DNA of 64,000 nucleotides from assembly GCA_951406725.2 (NCBI GenBank), contig OX597840.1, forward strand, positions 35,712,001 to 35,776,000. Direction: 5' to 3'. This document shows positions 39,566 through 51,670 of this stretch, piece by piece. Origin of the DNA: Octopus vulgaris. Lineage: Eukaryota. The notes below the pieces were generated by a model. The model did no database searches. It saw nothing but the letters and a program-made list of their open reading frames with translations, and had not been told where the DNA came from. Each line of letters opens with the position of its first letter. Position 1 is the stretch's first letter. A program made the position numbers and the translations under genes.

Positions 39566-42512
39566 ACATCATTGAAATATTGATGCTGTGAGATAATGCA
39601 GGGGTAATTCAAAACAATTTGAATAAATAAGGATTATATCTGATAGAACAATCTGACTGCTAAGAGGTAAACCATCCATATCTGGCACAAATATTCTACC
39701 TGTTTTATGGTCAAATTGGCCAGATCCAACCTCTCACACCTATCCTGCAATGTCATTTTGAAAATAAACAACTATATCACTGAAATCTCAAAGCTATGAG
39801 ATAAAGCAGGATTAATTCAAAACATTGTGAATAAATAAACATTGTGTTGACGGAGTAATCTGAATGCTAGGAGACTAAACCAGCCATATTTTTGTAGGGG
39901 TTTTTATGTACAAACTGGCCAGATCCAGCCTCTCACACCTGTCCTACAATGTCCTTGAAATAAGAATGACATTCAACAGAGTAATCTGAATGCTAAGAGG
40001 TTAAACCAGCCATATCTGGCCTAAATATTCTGCCAGTTTTATGGTCAAACTGGCCATATCTGGCCCCTCACACTTACCCTTCAATGTCATTCTAAAAATA
40101 AACAATTGCATCATTGAAATCTCAAAGCTTCGAGATAATCCATGATTAATTGAACACAACGTAAATAAAGAAGCATTATAATCGACAGAGACGTCTGAAT
40201 GCTGAAGGAAGCCTACAACAGGATGATTTAAACAGGGAACGTTTCAAAAGTCTTCAGGAGTGGCTGTGTGGTAAGTAGCTTGCTTACCAACCACATGGTT
40301 CCAGGTTCAGTCCCACTGCGTGGCACCTTGGGCAAGTGTCTTCTACTATAGCCTCGGACCGATCAAATCCTTCAGTGGATTTGGTAGACAGAAACCGAAA
40401 GAAGCCCATCGTATATATATGTATATATATCTCTCTCTATACATATAGGCGTAGGAGTGGCTGTGTGGTAAGTAGCTTGCTTACCGACCACATGGTTCCA
40501 CGTTCAGTCCCACTGCGTGGCACCTTGGGCAAGTGTCTTCTACTATAGCCTCGGACCGATCAAAGCTTTGTGAGTAAATTTGGTAGACAGAAACTGAAAG
40601 AAGCCCGTCGTATGTATATATATATAAATATATATATATATATGTGTGTGTGTGTGAGGATATGTTTGTGTCCCTACACCATCGCTTGACAACCGATGCT
40701 GGTGTGTTTACGTCCTCGTAACTTAGCAGTTCTGCAAAAGAGACCGATAAAAAAAGTACTAAATGCGGTGCTCCAACATGGCCGCAGTCAAAATGACCGA
40801 AACAAATAAAAGAATATGGAAAGATAATGTGGAAGGAAACATACCATTTCTGGTGGAAAAGTCTGAAGAGTTTAGAATCTTTTTTTATCTTTTACTTGTC
40901 TCAGTGATTGGTCTGTGGCCATACTGGGGCAGCTGTCTTGAAGAGTTTTGGTTGAACAAATGGATCCCGGTACATTTCGTCTGTCTTCGTGTTCTGAGTT
41001 CAAATTCTGTCAAAGTTGACTTTGCCTTTCATCCTTTCGAGGGATATGGGTGTCGATAAAATAAGTACCAGTTAAGTATTGGGGTCGAAGTATCCAACCA
41101 AATCCCTCCCCCGGATCTATTCTCTACGGAAGATCCAACGGCTTCAATTTTGAGTACGCATGCGTGTATTTGTGTGCGGTGGTTGTTGTGGTGGTGGTGC
41201 AGGCAATTACATCGACACCCCTGCTCATCTTTTAGATTTTCTCTCGACTCCAACAGGAAGGTAAGAATTAACCTCGGAGGAATTTGGACTCAGAAAGGTA
41301 AAGTCGGAAGAAATGTCGCTCAGCATAACGTGCTTTGTATCACGTTGCATTCGTCCTGCGAAGCTTTGACTGCGCTTAGAGTTACAGGCACAGCAAAGTG
41401 GCTGCAGAGACGTCCCCTAAATGGCTTCTCGAAACCTTTTGGGATCCCAGAAATATGCCTGACCATTCATCTTGTAACATCTGTTAAACGTATTATCATA
41501 AAACAAAACGTATTTCTTTGACAAATGAAATTTCAAGGGAAATCACTCATGCAAGTGCTTTGAAGAGTTATTTCCCTTAAATTAATTCTTCCTTAATATT
41601 GCACGTTTAATACATTTTTCTACTCTAGGCACAAGGCCCGAAATTTTTGGAGAGGGAGTCAGTCGATTAGATCGACCTCAGTACGTAGCTGGTATTTAAT
41701 TTATCGACTCCGAAAGGATGAAAGGCAAAGTCGACCTCTGCGGAATTTGAACTCAGAACGTAGCGGCAGACGAAATACCTATTTCTTTTCTACCCACAAG
41801 GGGCTAAACACAGAGAGGACAACCAAGGACAGACTAACGGATTAAGTCGATTATATCGACCCCAGTGCGTAACTGGTACTTAATTTATCGACCCCGAAAG
41901 GATGAAAGGCAAAGAAGACCTTGGCATAATTATAACTCAGAACATAAAGACTGACGAAATACCGCTAAGCATTTCGTCCGTCTTTACGTTCTGAGTTCAA
42001 ATTCCGCTGAGGTTGACATTTCGAGGTCGGCAAAATAGATTAATATTTCGACCAGGAAATCCTGCTTAGTAGTATTTCACAAGGCTTTTTGTGGTTTTTA
42101 TAATAATAATAATAATAATAAAATGCCCTGATGCAGTACCAGGTATTGGATCTCATGGCTTCTGATCTTAACTGATTGGAAGTGTTATCATGTACATTGT
42201 TTTGTCTTGGTATAAAAGATGGGCTACAGCAAATATTCTGCTCAATGCCACAGATTTGCTTGTCAGTTGTTTGACTTTAACCAGTTGAGCATGTCCCTTA
42301 GTGGCTGACGATATGTGCATCTCTGATCACGAGTAGAAGTGGGGGAGCATCATAGCCATGTGTTGAGAGGAATTCTTTAGGGTTTGGATAATTCATCCTT
42401 GGAAACATGGGTGTTTCGTTCATCATCCTTAAATAAACCTTATTCAGGGACCATTTGAGCAGGATGAGTTACTCGACTAGAAGAAAATTCTAACTGGGCC
42501 CCACCTGCAAGG

Positions 42513-42908
42513 TCTCACCTAGAGACCTCAAGAGACAAGTTGGAAGTTCATGTTGGTGTTATGCCTAGGGTGCCATATATTTGGTTTTGTACATAGTGTT
42601 GTTCTAGAGAATGTTTAAGAAACCATAAGAAAATTATGTTTGTTTTAAAACTTGAGATTGCATAGTCAGTATTTTACGGAGGATATGGGCAGTATTTCTG
42701 CCATTATGGGGTTTCCTGATATGTGAGCTAGGTAGGAATCGGCCCCTTTTGCTATCATTCCTAGGGCACCTATGACAACAGGTATTGTCTTGAGGTTCCA
42801 CATTTTGCCAATTTCTATTTCAAGATCTTAATATTTTTGGTAGGTCTTGACAGATACGTTTATATTGATTGGGACAGTCATATCGATGCGGAGGCAAGAT
42901 TTTTGTTG
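42513..42908 (-). mobile_element. 3' fragment of the same R4/Dong-like family as 51740-53932
   Basis: Closely similar to ~51783-52215 (agagacctcaagagaca...ggaagttcatgttggtgttatgcctagggtgccatatatt; DLEIEIGKMWNLK). Confidence 0.85.
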
Positions 42909-42984
42909 GTATGTATGTATGTATGTATGTTTTATGTATGTATTCTCATGTATAGAGGTACATATCTATACATGTTCATATAGA

Positions 42985-43102
42985 TTTAAATGATAAACTT
43001 CTGGAAAGTTTTACAGATTTTTACAGTTCCAGTGATGGATTGGAACTGTAGTCTTCGAATTAGCTTTCTCCTTTCTGGTTTTGAGAAGCCTAATTTCTCA
43101 AG
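42985..43102 (-). mobile_element. Extreme 3' coding end of another RLE-type LINE
   Basis: The minus strand reads LEKLGFSKPERRKLIRRLQFQSITGTVKICKTFQKF*, resembling the LQ...GT..I.K C-terminus of RLE LINEs. Confidence 0.5.
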
Positions 43103-43165
43103 ATTGGTAGTATGTACGTATGTATACATGTATGTATACACATACGCAGACACACACACACACAT

Positions 43166-43204
<39 letters not shown>

Positions 43205-43850
43205 GACACAGACACGCACACACACACACACACATATTGTGACCTTAAAGTAAACAATCAGAGACAATCTGTTTATCAGTGTACAGACATACAGACCTCT
43301 ATGAAGACGGATTGATTTTCTATCGCAGAAGGGCGAAAGCCATTTGCGTCGTCTGTGATATTTCCCATAGAATGTTTGAAGCTGGTCAGATAAACAGGGT
43401 ACGGAGGGGGTTCGGTGGGTACGGTGGGGATACGGTGGGGTACCCAATCGTCTGACAAAGTGACGTTGATTCATATCTCTTCACGTGCTCTGCCATTAAA
43501 TTATCAAGGACAGTCATAAGATTAAACTGGAAAAGTTTCAGACGGTTGCTCACACACACACACACACACACACGCACACACACACACATACACACACACA
43601 CACGCATGCACGCGCACGCACACACACACACACACGCACGCACACACACACACACACACACACACATAAATGCCGAACGATAAAAATGAGTGCTCAACGC
43701 CGCATTGGGGGATATGATTTCTTTATTTGTGAATTAAGGCTACCATTGGTTTCATGTTAAGAAAAGTAGATATATATCCTAGTCTCTTGATAAGTTTTCA
43801 AGCCGATCACATGGAGAAAGGTGTTCGCCTCCTTTTTGGAAAACACAGCC

Positions 43851-43900
<50 letters not shown>

Positions 43901-44119
43901 GTTGTGTCTGGGGAGAGTTATTTTCTTTTTGTGCCTTATAATGTAACACACTCACCGGTGAAATTTCCACTCATTTCTTATTTTAATTTTCCTAAAATTT
44001 TCGTTGCGTCTTGCAACCTTTTCAATAGTCTTGACTCTTGCAAACCAAATCATAATAATAATAATAATGATTTCTTTCATTTGCAACGAGGATGAGGGAG
44101 ACAATACAAAGGATTACGG

Positions 44120-44760
44120 GGACAAAACAAAGACATACATAAAGTGTGGGGGTTTACATATAATGGAAAGATAGAAAAAAGAAAAAGGAAAGAAGGAAAA
44201 GTATAGACGATATGCATTAAAAGAAGAGAGGTATATGGCACTAAGAAGAAGAAGGATGGGGAGAAAAGGGGTCAGCGATGGGGTCCTCCTGATACAGGAG
44301 GAGCTCTTGGGGTAATCGAGGAACACCACCATCCAAGATCACCCTGAATATCATGAACAAGTGCCCTTTCTTCCAACTCCTTTCCTCCGACTCACAAGTC
44401 TACACTTACAGCGGCACCATCCACTCTTACCATTTTCGCAACTTTCACCCACCTTTTGATAAATTCCCCGAAAGACAGCACTTCCTTCTCCGCCCTCAAT
44501 TTCCTGTTCAAGTGGAACTTGAAAAAGTCGATGAGGGCTTTACAAAAGAGCAACGTCTCTGTCCGCATCCCTTTCAGCCTCGTCCACCCGACAACCTCTT
44601 TTGCCACAGCCATCAGGTAAAGGAAAACTGCCTTGCCTGCCTGATTAAAGGACGGCGGCGGAACAATCATCACTATGGACTCGGATGGCAGACGTCCCGC
44701 ACGCGACAGCAGCTGTTCGACATAACTCCACAAGTCAGCAATGCCCAGACAATGAACGGG
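44120..44760 (-). mobile_element. Tx1/L1-like LINE, ORF2 3' end and 3' UTR
   Basis: HCLGIADLWSYVEQLL...AVAKEVVGWTRLK...FIKRW resembles the L1/Tx1 region downstream of the zinc finger. Confidence 0.6.
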
Positions 44761-44812
44761 GGCAAGAAATGGAAACAAAATTGTAAGAAGATACTACTAC
44801 TACTACTACTAT

Positions 44813-44849
<37 letters not shown>

Positions 44850-45345
44850 GATAATAATAATAATAATAATGATGATAATAATAATAATAATAATGATGAT
44901 AATAATAATAACAACCCTTTCTACTAAAGGCACAACTCCTAAAATGTAGGGGAGAGCGCTAGTCGATAACATCGACCTCAGTGCGTAACTGATACTTATT
45001 TTATCGACCCCGAAAGGATGAAAAGCAAAGTCGACCTCGGCGGAATTTGAACTCAGAACGTTGCGGCAGACGAAATACCTATTTCTTTACTACCCACAAG
45101 GGACTAAACACAGAGGGGACAAACAAGGACAGACAAACGGATTAAGTCGATTACATCGACCCCAGTGCGTAACTGGTACTTAATTTATCGACCCCGAAAC
45201 GATGAAAGGCAAAGTCGACCTCGGCGGAATTTGAACTCAGAACGAAGGGGCAGACGAAATACCGATAAGCATTTCGCCCGGCGTGCTAACGTTTCTGCCA
45301 GCTCGCCGCCTTAATAATAATAATGATGAGGACGATGATGATGAC

Positions 45346-45377
<32 letters not shown>

Positions 45378-45769
45378 CGATGATGATGATCTCAGTTAAT
45401 CTCTGTTATGTTACGCAATATCATTCGTTGACTTGAAAAGATTTCTGCATTGTTTTTCTTTTTAATCTTTATGTTTTTCTTATCTCGTTAACGACGATAA
45501 TCTTATACCGTGACTTTTATTTTGAGAAAACCACCGTCTGTTCATTTACCAGAATTTCTAATAATTCTTCTGCAACAATAATTCTTCGTGGTTTTAAGTG
45601 AGATTTATGAATTATGAGTTATGAATGTTTGACGTCAAGATTAAATGGAGCGGGCTGTGGTTTATTACTTGATTGATGATTTTTAGTCCCAGCTTTGATC
45701 TGATTGAGCAAATTTAGGATCAAGCGCATTGAAACCATGAAAAAAAGAAAAAAAAGAAATGGAGCTCCG

Positions 45770-46160
45770 TGCCTTGGTTTTTAGGGGTAAGGGTTTTCCT
45801 AGAAAGATTTTTGGGGTAGGTGGGTACTTACTAAACCCTCCAATGTCCTGAAGGAATTTCTATTTCAGATCCACCTCTGCCCGACCTATCAAGGACAGCT
45901 TCCTCTCAGCCCATTTCTAGGTAAGACTGGCCACCCTGTTCGTCACCTCGTCCTAGTTCTTATCCACTTGGAGGAACCGAACCAGACCCCGACCTGTTTA
46001 ACTGGTCCGTTAGTCCAGCATCCGAAAAGCCATCTGACGGTATCGACCTGCCTTTCCAGATGCCCGGTCACAAGCCCACCGCCTTCTCGGCTTGATTTTC
46101 GCCCCTGCAACCGACTCATATTCTTCTAGAATGAAGCCGACCGCCTCCACTTCCAAAGTG
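45770..46160 (-). mobile_element. Tx1/L1-like RT C-terminal fragment (frameshifted)
   Basis: Minus-strand pieces read ILEEYESVAGAKI, GVWFG and ERKLSLIGRAEV, matching the L1/Tx1 SGAKIN / LG / W..R.LS..GR motifs. Confidence 0.6.
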
Positions 46161-46239
46161 TCCCAAACTCTTCTTTATTTATACTGAAGCAATTATATAT
46201 ATATAATATATAATAATATATATATCATAATAATAACGA

Positions 46240-46705
46240 AATTATTGTATACAGTGCTCAGGTGCACCACAACTTGTCAAAAAGTGCGTATAAAGCATAT
46301 GCAGTAATGTACAAATGTCTGGGAAGCGAACAATGTATGAGTCAGATACATGCTTGCTTGTGTATGGAGGAGAGAAAGATCAGGTGTAGTGTTGGCGAAT
46401 CTCAGGAAGCATGGAAGTTTTGAAGGATGCAGTGCTCCGACAACTAACAACTGATGCCGGTAGTTTGTTCCATGCGTCAGCAACTCTTAGCGTGAAGAAA
46501 TGTTTCCGAAAGTCATGGGAGCTGTGCTGTTTTCTGACTTTGTAAATATGTCCACGGGTGTTAGACGGGTGGAGTTTGAAAAGGTGTTCAGAGTTATTGT
46601 TTGTAAGATGGTTAATAATTTTATGGGTGTCTGCCAAGTCAGCTGCCAGACGTCGGAGTTTCAATGTGTCCATGCCCAGGGAAGTAAGGCGTTCAGAATA
46701 TGGTC
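46240..46705 (-). mobile_element. CR1-like LINE 3' fragment (same family as 8725-9105)
   Basis: DTLKLRRLAADL...NTRGHIYKVRK...FFTLRVADAWNKLP. Shares the cagtgctcaggtgcac 3' UTR segment with the other copy. Confidence 0.85.
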
Positions 46706-47399
46706 GTGTCCGTATCTGTTTGGATTAACATTCTATCCGATGGAGTTTTCGGGTGGAGTTCCGCAAGACCTTCTCCACTTGTTACAATATTTTTGCTATT
46801 AATTACTTCCTCAATCAATTAATTACTTCCTCAATCTTCTGAACAACTGTGAAGTTGATGAAGGAAACACGTACCCGAGAGTGTGACTGTTGCTCATTTT
46901 GTTTTTAGGGTGTTTCTTTCTGCTTTCGCGTTTTTTCTGGTTGTGTATGTATTTCTAAAATTGGGTCGTCTTGTGATGAAGATGTCGATGTTGGAGGTGA
47001 TTTGTTCTTTAATTGATGTTGTGACGGATTTTGCTTTTTATCGTCATGTCATAGGGCTTTCAGTTTCGGCCAGTCTTTGTGTTATGTCGCACGTTCGGAT
47101 GACCTCCACTCAACTATACTCTACTCCACTCAACTATACTCTACTCAACTCCACTCTGTTCTAGTCTACTACAACTGCTACTTCTCTCTAGACTGCCGTC
47201 TGTTCCCAGACTGTTACTCTGACGTCTAGACTTCTCCCTCCATATCCACGTATTGGATCAGCCTACTTCATCGTCTGGGGGCATCCACACAACACTTTGT
47301 TTGTTTCAGATTCAGTTTTTCTCTTATCCCCGACGAAGTCCTTTTGATGTGATGTCAATGAGGACTTTGCTTTTGTGAGGTCTGAGGCGTAGGAAGGAG

Positions 47400-47945
47400 G
47401 CAGATGGTTGGTAGTAGTTTTGTCTACACCTTGAGGCGTTGGTAGTCACGGTGGAGAGCTTCGTACTTTCTCCACCACGGGGCAAAAGGCTTTGAGGTGG
47501 TTCATATTCTCACACACAAAACACTTCGTTTTTTTTTCCTTCTAAATAAACAGGAATCTGTTTTCATTCCCCGAAACAGAAAAAATCGGGAATGCGATTT
47601 ATTTCCTCTGGCGAAAACTAATATCTGGAAATTCCATAAGAATTCCAGTCCTGTTGAGTTGTGGGGTGGACTTCACCTCCACAATCTCCCCATGCTTTTC
47701 CAGAATGGCTAAAACTCCCGCTGGATCACGGTGAACCGGTACGTTCCTGACTTGAGTTCGAGTCAGCCTTTTACCCATGTAATAGGGAATTATTACAAAA
47801 GCCTCGGATATGCAAGTTATAGCAGCCATTCTTGTGGCTTCATGCTCACTGCTGCCCATAGCACCTGAGGGCCAGACATCTTCGAGGCATTTTTCGGTTT
47901 CTGCTGGAGTAGGAAATTTAAGTTTCTTCTTCTTGAGAGAAACAC
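47400..47945 (-). mobile_element. gag-like ORF1 fragment with zinc knuckle (Tx1/L1-type)
   Basis: Perfect CX2CX4HX4C (CFVCENMNHLKAFC) at 47482-47523 on the minus strand, downstream of the VRNVP...LEKHGEIVEV segment. Confidence 0.65.
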
Positions 47946-47957
47946 ATTTATAAACAA

Positions 47958-48630
47958 CTAGCAGTATCGCCCGGCGTTGCTCGGGTTTGTTTCGACCCTT
48001 TAGAATTGGAATTTTTGAGAAGTAAAAATTTTGCATTATGTAGCTTGTTATTCTCTTTAAGCGAACATTTTTCTGGTTGAAATACACCGAAAAATGGTGA
48101 CACAGCAGTCAAAAAATCGTAAAAAAAAGGGATTTTCATAGAAAAAAAAGCACCTTTTTGATGTAAATAATTTTTGGTGTTAACATGGTCCGATTTGAAT
48201 TTTATCTTCTACGGAATGAAGAGCAAGCTTTCTTCTATCATACTCTCAATTTTGGTCAACTTGCGCCGCAGGGTCTCGGAGGAGATAGTGTTAGTTGAAG
48301 GCTACCAAACCTGCCACACACAGACAACTTCAGCTTTATATATATAGATTTTTCTGGTTGAAATACACCGAAAAATGGCGACACAGCAGTCAAAAAATTG
48401 TAAAAAAACAGGGATTTTCATAGAAAAAAGCACCTTTTTGATGTAAATAATTTTTGGTGTTAACATGGTCCGATTTGAATTTTATCTTCTACGGAATGAA
48501 GAGCAAGCCTTCTTCTATCATACTCTCAATTTTGGTCAACTTGCGCTGCAGGGTCTCAGAGGAGATAGTGTTAGTTGAAGGCTACCAAACCTGCCACACA
48601 CACAGACAACTTCAGCTTTATATATATAGA
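47958..48630 (-). mobile_element. Non-autonomous Helitron with tandemly duplicated 5' part
   Basis: On the minus strand it starts A|TCTATAT and ends with a hairpin (cccgagcaacgccggg) followed by CTAG|T, with no TSD. Segment ~48068-48348 is repeated at ~48349-48630. Confidence 0.85.
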
Positions 48631-48809
48631 TTGTTCGTCGTTCGGAGATTTTTCTTCTCCTCATTGAGGCACATAAACACCTGGTTGCATAATGTCATTC
48701 TTGTATTTCAAATCTTGGACCGAATGGACATTCCATTGGCTGCTCTCTAAAAGAACATAATTTTGTTGTGGTTCTATGTGTTATATGCTGCTGCTACCGC
48801 TATTGTTAT

Positions 48810-49390
48810 TTATTTCTTTACTACCCACAAGGGGCTACACACAGAGGGGACAAACAAGGACAGACAAACGGATTAAGTCGATTATAACGCCTCCAGTGCA
48901 TAACTGGTACTTATTTAATCAACCCCGAAAGGATGAAAGGCAAAGTCGACCTCGGCGGAATTTGAACTCAGAACATAACGGCAGACGAAATACCTATTTC
49001 TTTACTACCCACAAGGGGCTAAACACAGAGGTGACAAACGGATTAGGTCGATTATATCGACCCCAGTGCGTAACTTGGTACTTATTTAATCAACCCCGAA
49101 AAGGATGAAATGCAAAGTCGACCCCGGCGGAATTTGAACTCAGAACGTGGCGACAAATGAAATACCTACTTCTTTAGTATCCACAAGGGGCTAAACATAG
49201 AGAGGACAAACAAGGATAGACAGACGGATTAAGTCGATTACATCGACCCCAGTGCGTAACTGGTACTTATTTAATCGACCCCGAAAGGATGAAAGGCAAA
49301 GTCGACCTCGGCGGAATTTGAACTCAGAACGTAACGGCAGACGAAATACCGCTAAGCATTTCGTCCTGCGTGCTAACGTTTCTGCCAGTT
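48810..49390 (-). mobile_element. SINE family A trimer
   Basis: Three tandem ~180-bp units plus a head. Similar minus-strand dimers at ~41615-41975, 44915-45312 and 59345-59743. Confidence 0.85.
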
Positions 49391-49963
49391 ACCATTGATA
49401 ACTGCATTGTTCTTTACGCTGTTGTTGTTTTCAATCTTGTTGATCATGTTGCTGTTGTTGTTTTTGATCTTGTTCAAATTGTTGCTGATGTTGTTGTTGG
49501 TGCTGCTGTTTGTGCTGCTGCTGCTGTTCGCATTCTCGCCATTGCTGTGGTCGTCGTCGTCGTTGTTGTTGTTGCTAGTACTTTCGTATTTGTTACAGCC
49601 GTCACAGCAACAAGAGGAAATACTTTTTCTCTTTGGCGAGAAATCAGTTTTAACTTCAGTCACGTTCTGTGTTACAACTGTGTCAGCAAAACGCTGCTCT
49701 CCGTCGATTATTATGATTTTTCTATAAACCGGACATTTTTTAAATTTGGAAAATAAATGAAATCTTGTCTTCACAAAAATGCAAAACAATTATTACAGAG
49801 TTTACACTCCCAAAATTGGATGAAATTACACAAAATGTTACCACAGCGAGCCAGACAATGCAATCAAAACAATTATTAAAAAATATTTGACTGAACGGGC
49901 TGCAACCAGCCGAAACGCTTGATTAAAAACACTTATAAATCACAGAACTCCAGTATGACGGCC

Positions 49964-50020
<57 letters not shown>

Positions 50021-50041
50021 GTAATAATAATAATAATAATA

Positions 50042-50077
<36 letters not shown>

Positions 50078-50096
50078 TGGAATAATAATAATAATA

Positions 50097-50637
50097 ATAT
50101 GGAATAACAACAGAAAAAAGATGGTATAGGCACACACAAGAAAAGGTCACAGAAAACGAGAAAGCAACCATACTCTGGGATATGCCGATACACACAGATA
50201 GAGAAATTAAGGCCAACAGACCAGATATAGTTGTCAGAGATCATGAAGAAAAAAATGCTTTCTAATTGATGTATCAATACCGGCAGATGACAACGTGTCT
50301 CTAAAAGAAATGGAGAAACTCTCAAAATACAAAGACCTGGAAATAGAGGTAACTAGAATGTGGAACCTGAAAACAGAAACAATTCCTATCATAGTAGGTG
50401 CATTAGGCATGATAAAAAAATATTCAGACAAATACATAACAAAAACACCAGGACTTACAAACACATATAACATACAGAAAATTGCACTACTAGGCACTGC
50501 ACACATCCTACGCAGAACACTTTCCATACAATAACCATCAGAGCATCACAACAAATCACAGCACATACCCAAGGCACACAGAGCTGCGCTCGGTAGTGAA
50601 GTGAAAGCACGCTATAAAAATAAAAATAAAACTACTG

Positions 50638-50640
<3 letters not shown>
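50097..50640 (+). mobile_element. 3' fragment of a second R4/Dong-like LINE family
   Basis: ILWDMPIHTDREIKANRPDIVV..(frameshift)..IDVSIP...[12 protein letters not shown]...PIIVGALG...IQKIALLGTAHILRRTL. Embedded between (TAA)n tracts at 49964-50100 and 50636-50665. Confidence 0.88.
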
Positions 50641-50665
<25 letters not shown>

Positions 50666-50669
<4 letters not shown>

Positions 50670-50919
50670 GCGCCCCTTTTTTAAAGCCTATCCAGGCTCA
50701 TGGGTCCGGTTTCCCGGTTTCTATGGCGTATGTGTTCCCCAGCTGGACGGGACACCAGTCCATCGCAGCGTTACTCATTTTTGCCAGCTGAGTGGACTGG
50801 AGCAACGTCAAATGAAGTGTTTTGCTCAAGTACACAACGCGTCGCCCGGTCCAGGAATCGAAACCACAATCTTACGATCATAGTGCTGACACCCTAACCA
50901 CTAAGCCACGCGCCTCCAC
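50666..50919 (-). mobile_element. tRNA-derived SINE family D (V-domain-like)
   Basis: Head gtggaggcgcgtggcttagtggttagggtg, B-box ggtttcgattcc, V-like ctgcgatggactgg.gtcccgtccag. Flanked by (TAA)n. Confidence 0.75.
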
Positions 50920-50958
<39 letters not shown>

Positions 50959-51224
50959 GTAGAAGTCTATGTATTATAACCTTATCTTTTCCCTTTATAT
51001 CTCATGTTCTTTATTTTTTTTCTTTTGTAATCTCTCGCACAGTTTTTTTATGCAACCCCCACCCTCTCTCTCTCTCTGTCACAAACACATACACAAATTT
51101 ATAAACACGTACACATATGTATGCAAAGATATGTATTGTGTAATCAAGTATATTTAAAAGTACATACGCATATACATACATCCATACATGAATACATACA
51201 TATACACATACATACATATATGCA

Positions 51225-51270
<46 letters not shown>

Positions 51271-51278
51271 TATGTATC

Positions 51279-51350
<72 letters not shown>

Positions 51351-51418
51351 CATACATACATATAAATATAAATATATATATACATACATACATATAAATA
51401 TATACATACATACGTACG

Positions 51419-51449
<31 letters not shown>

Positions 51450-51519
51450 CCGTATGAGTATACACACACACACCCATGCACACATATATACACGCATATA
51501 CCCTTATCACGAAGATACC

Positions 51520-51670
51520 CATTGCTCTCCGCACCGCCAGCCCTCCCCGCACCGCTGGTCCTCTCTGTATATATTTTCAAGTTTACGCAACCTTCTATCT
51601 TCAGTGTTGATAACAACTTAAACAAACACCTTTGATTTTTGGCCGATCTTTGAACCGCGAGAAAGTAAGC
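51520..51670 (+). promoter_or_regulatory. Candidate core promoter and non-coding first exon of the carotenoid oxygenase gene
   Basis: GC-rich boxes (ccgcaccgcc, ctccccgcaccg), a TATATAT at 51568, an Inr-like TCAGTG at 51601 and a strong donor AAA|gtaagc at 51664/65. The next acceptors lie just before the first coding exon. Confidence 0.4.

Noticed and set aside
49370-49789. Overlapping 110-138 aa ORFs (N/S-rich or V/A-rich)
   Set aside because: Derived from a degenerate (GTT/GCT)n tract; no recognisable domain.
50850-50919. tRNA-like sequence (also the heads of SINE families A and B)
   Set aside because: The A/B boxes continue directly into SINE bodies present in multiple copies; no convincing complete cloverleaf.
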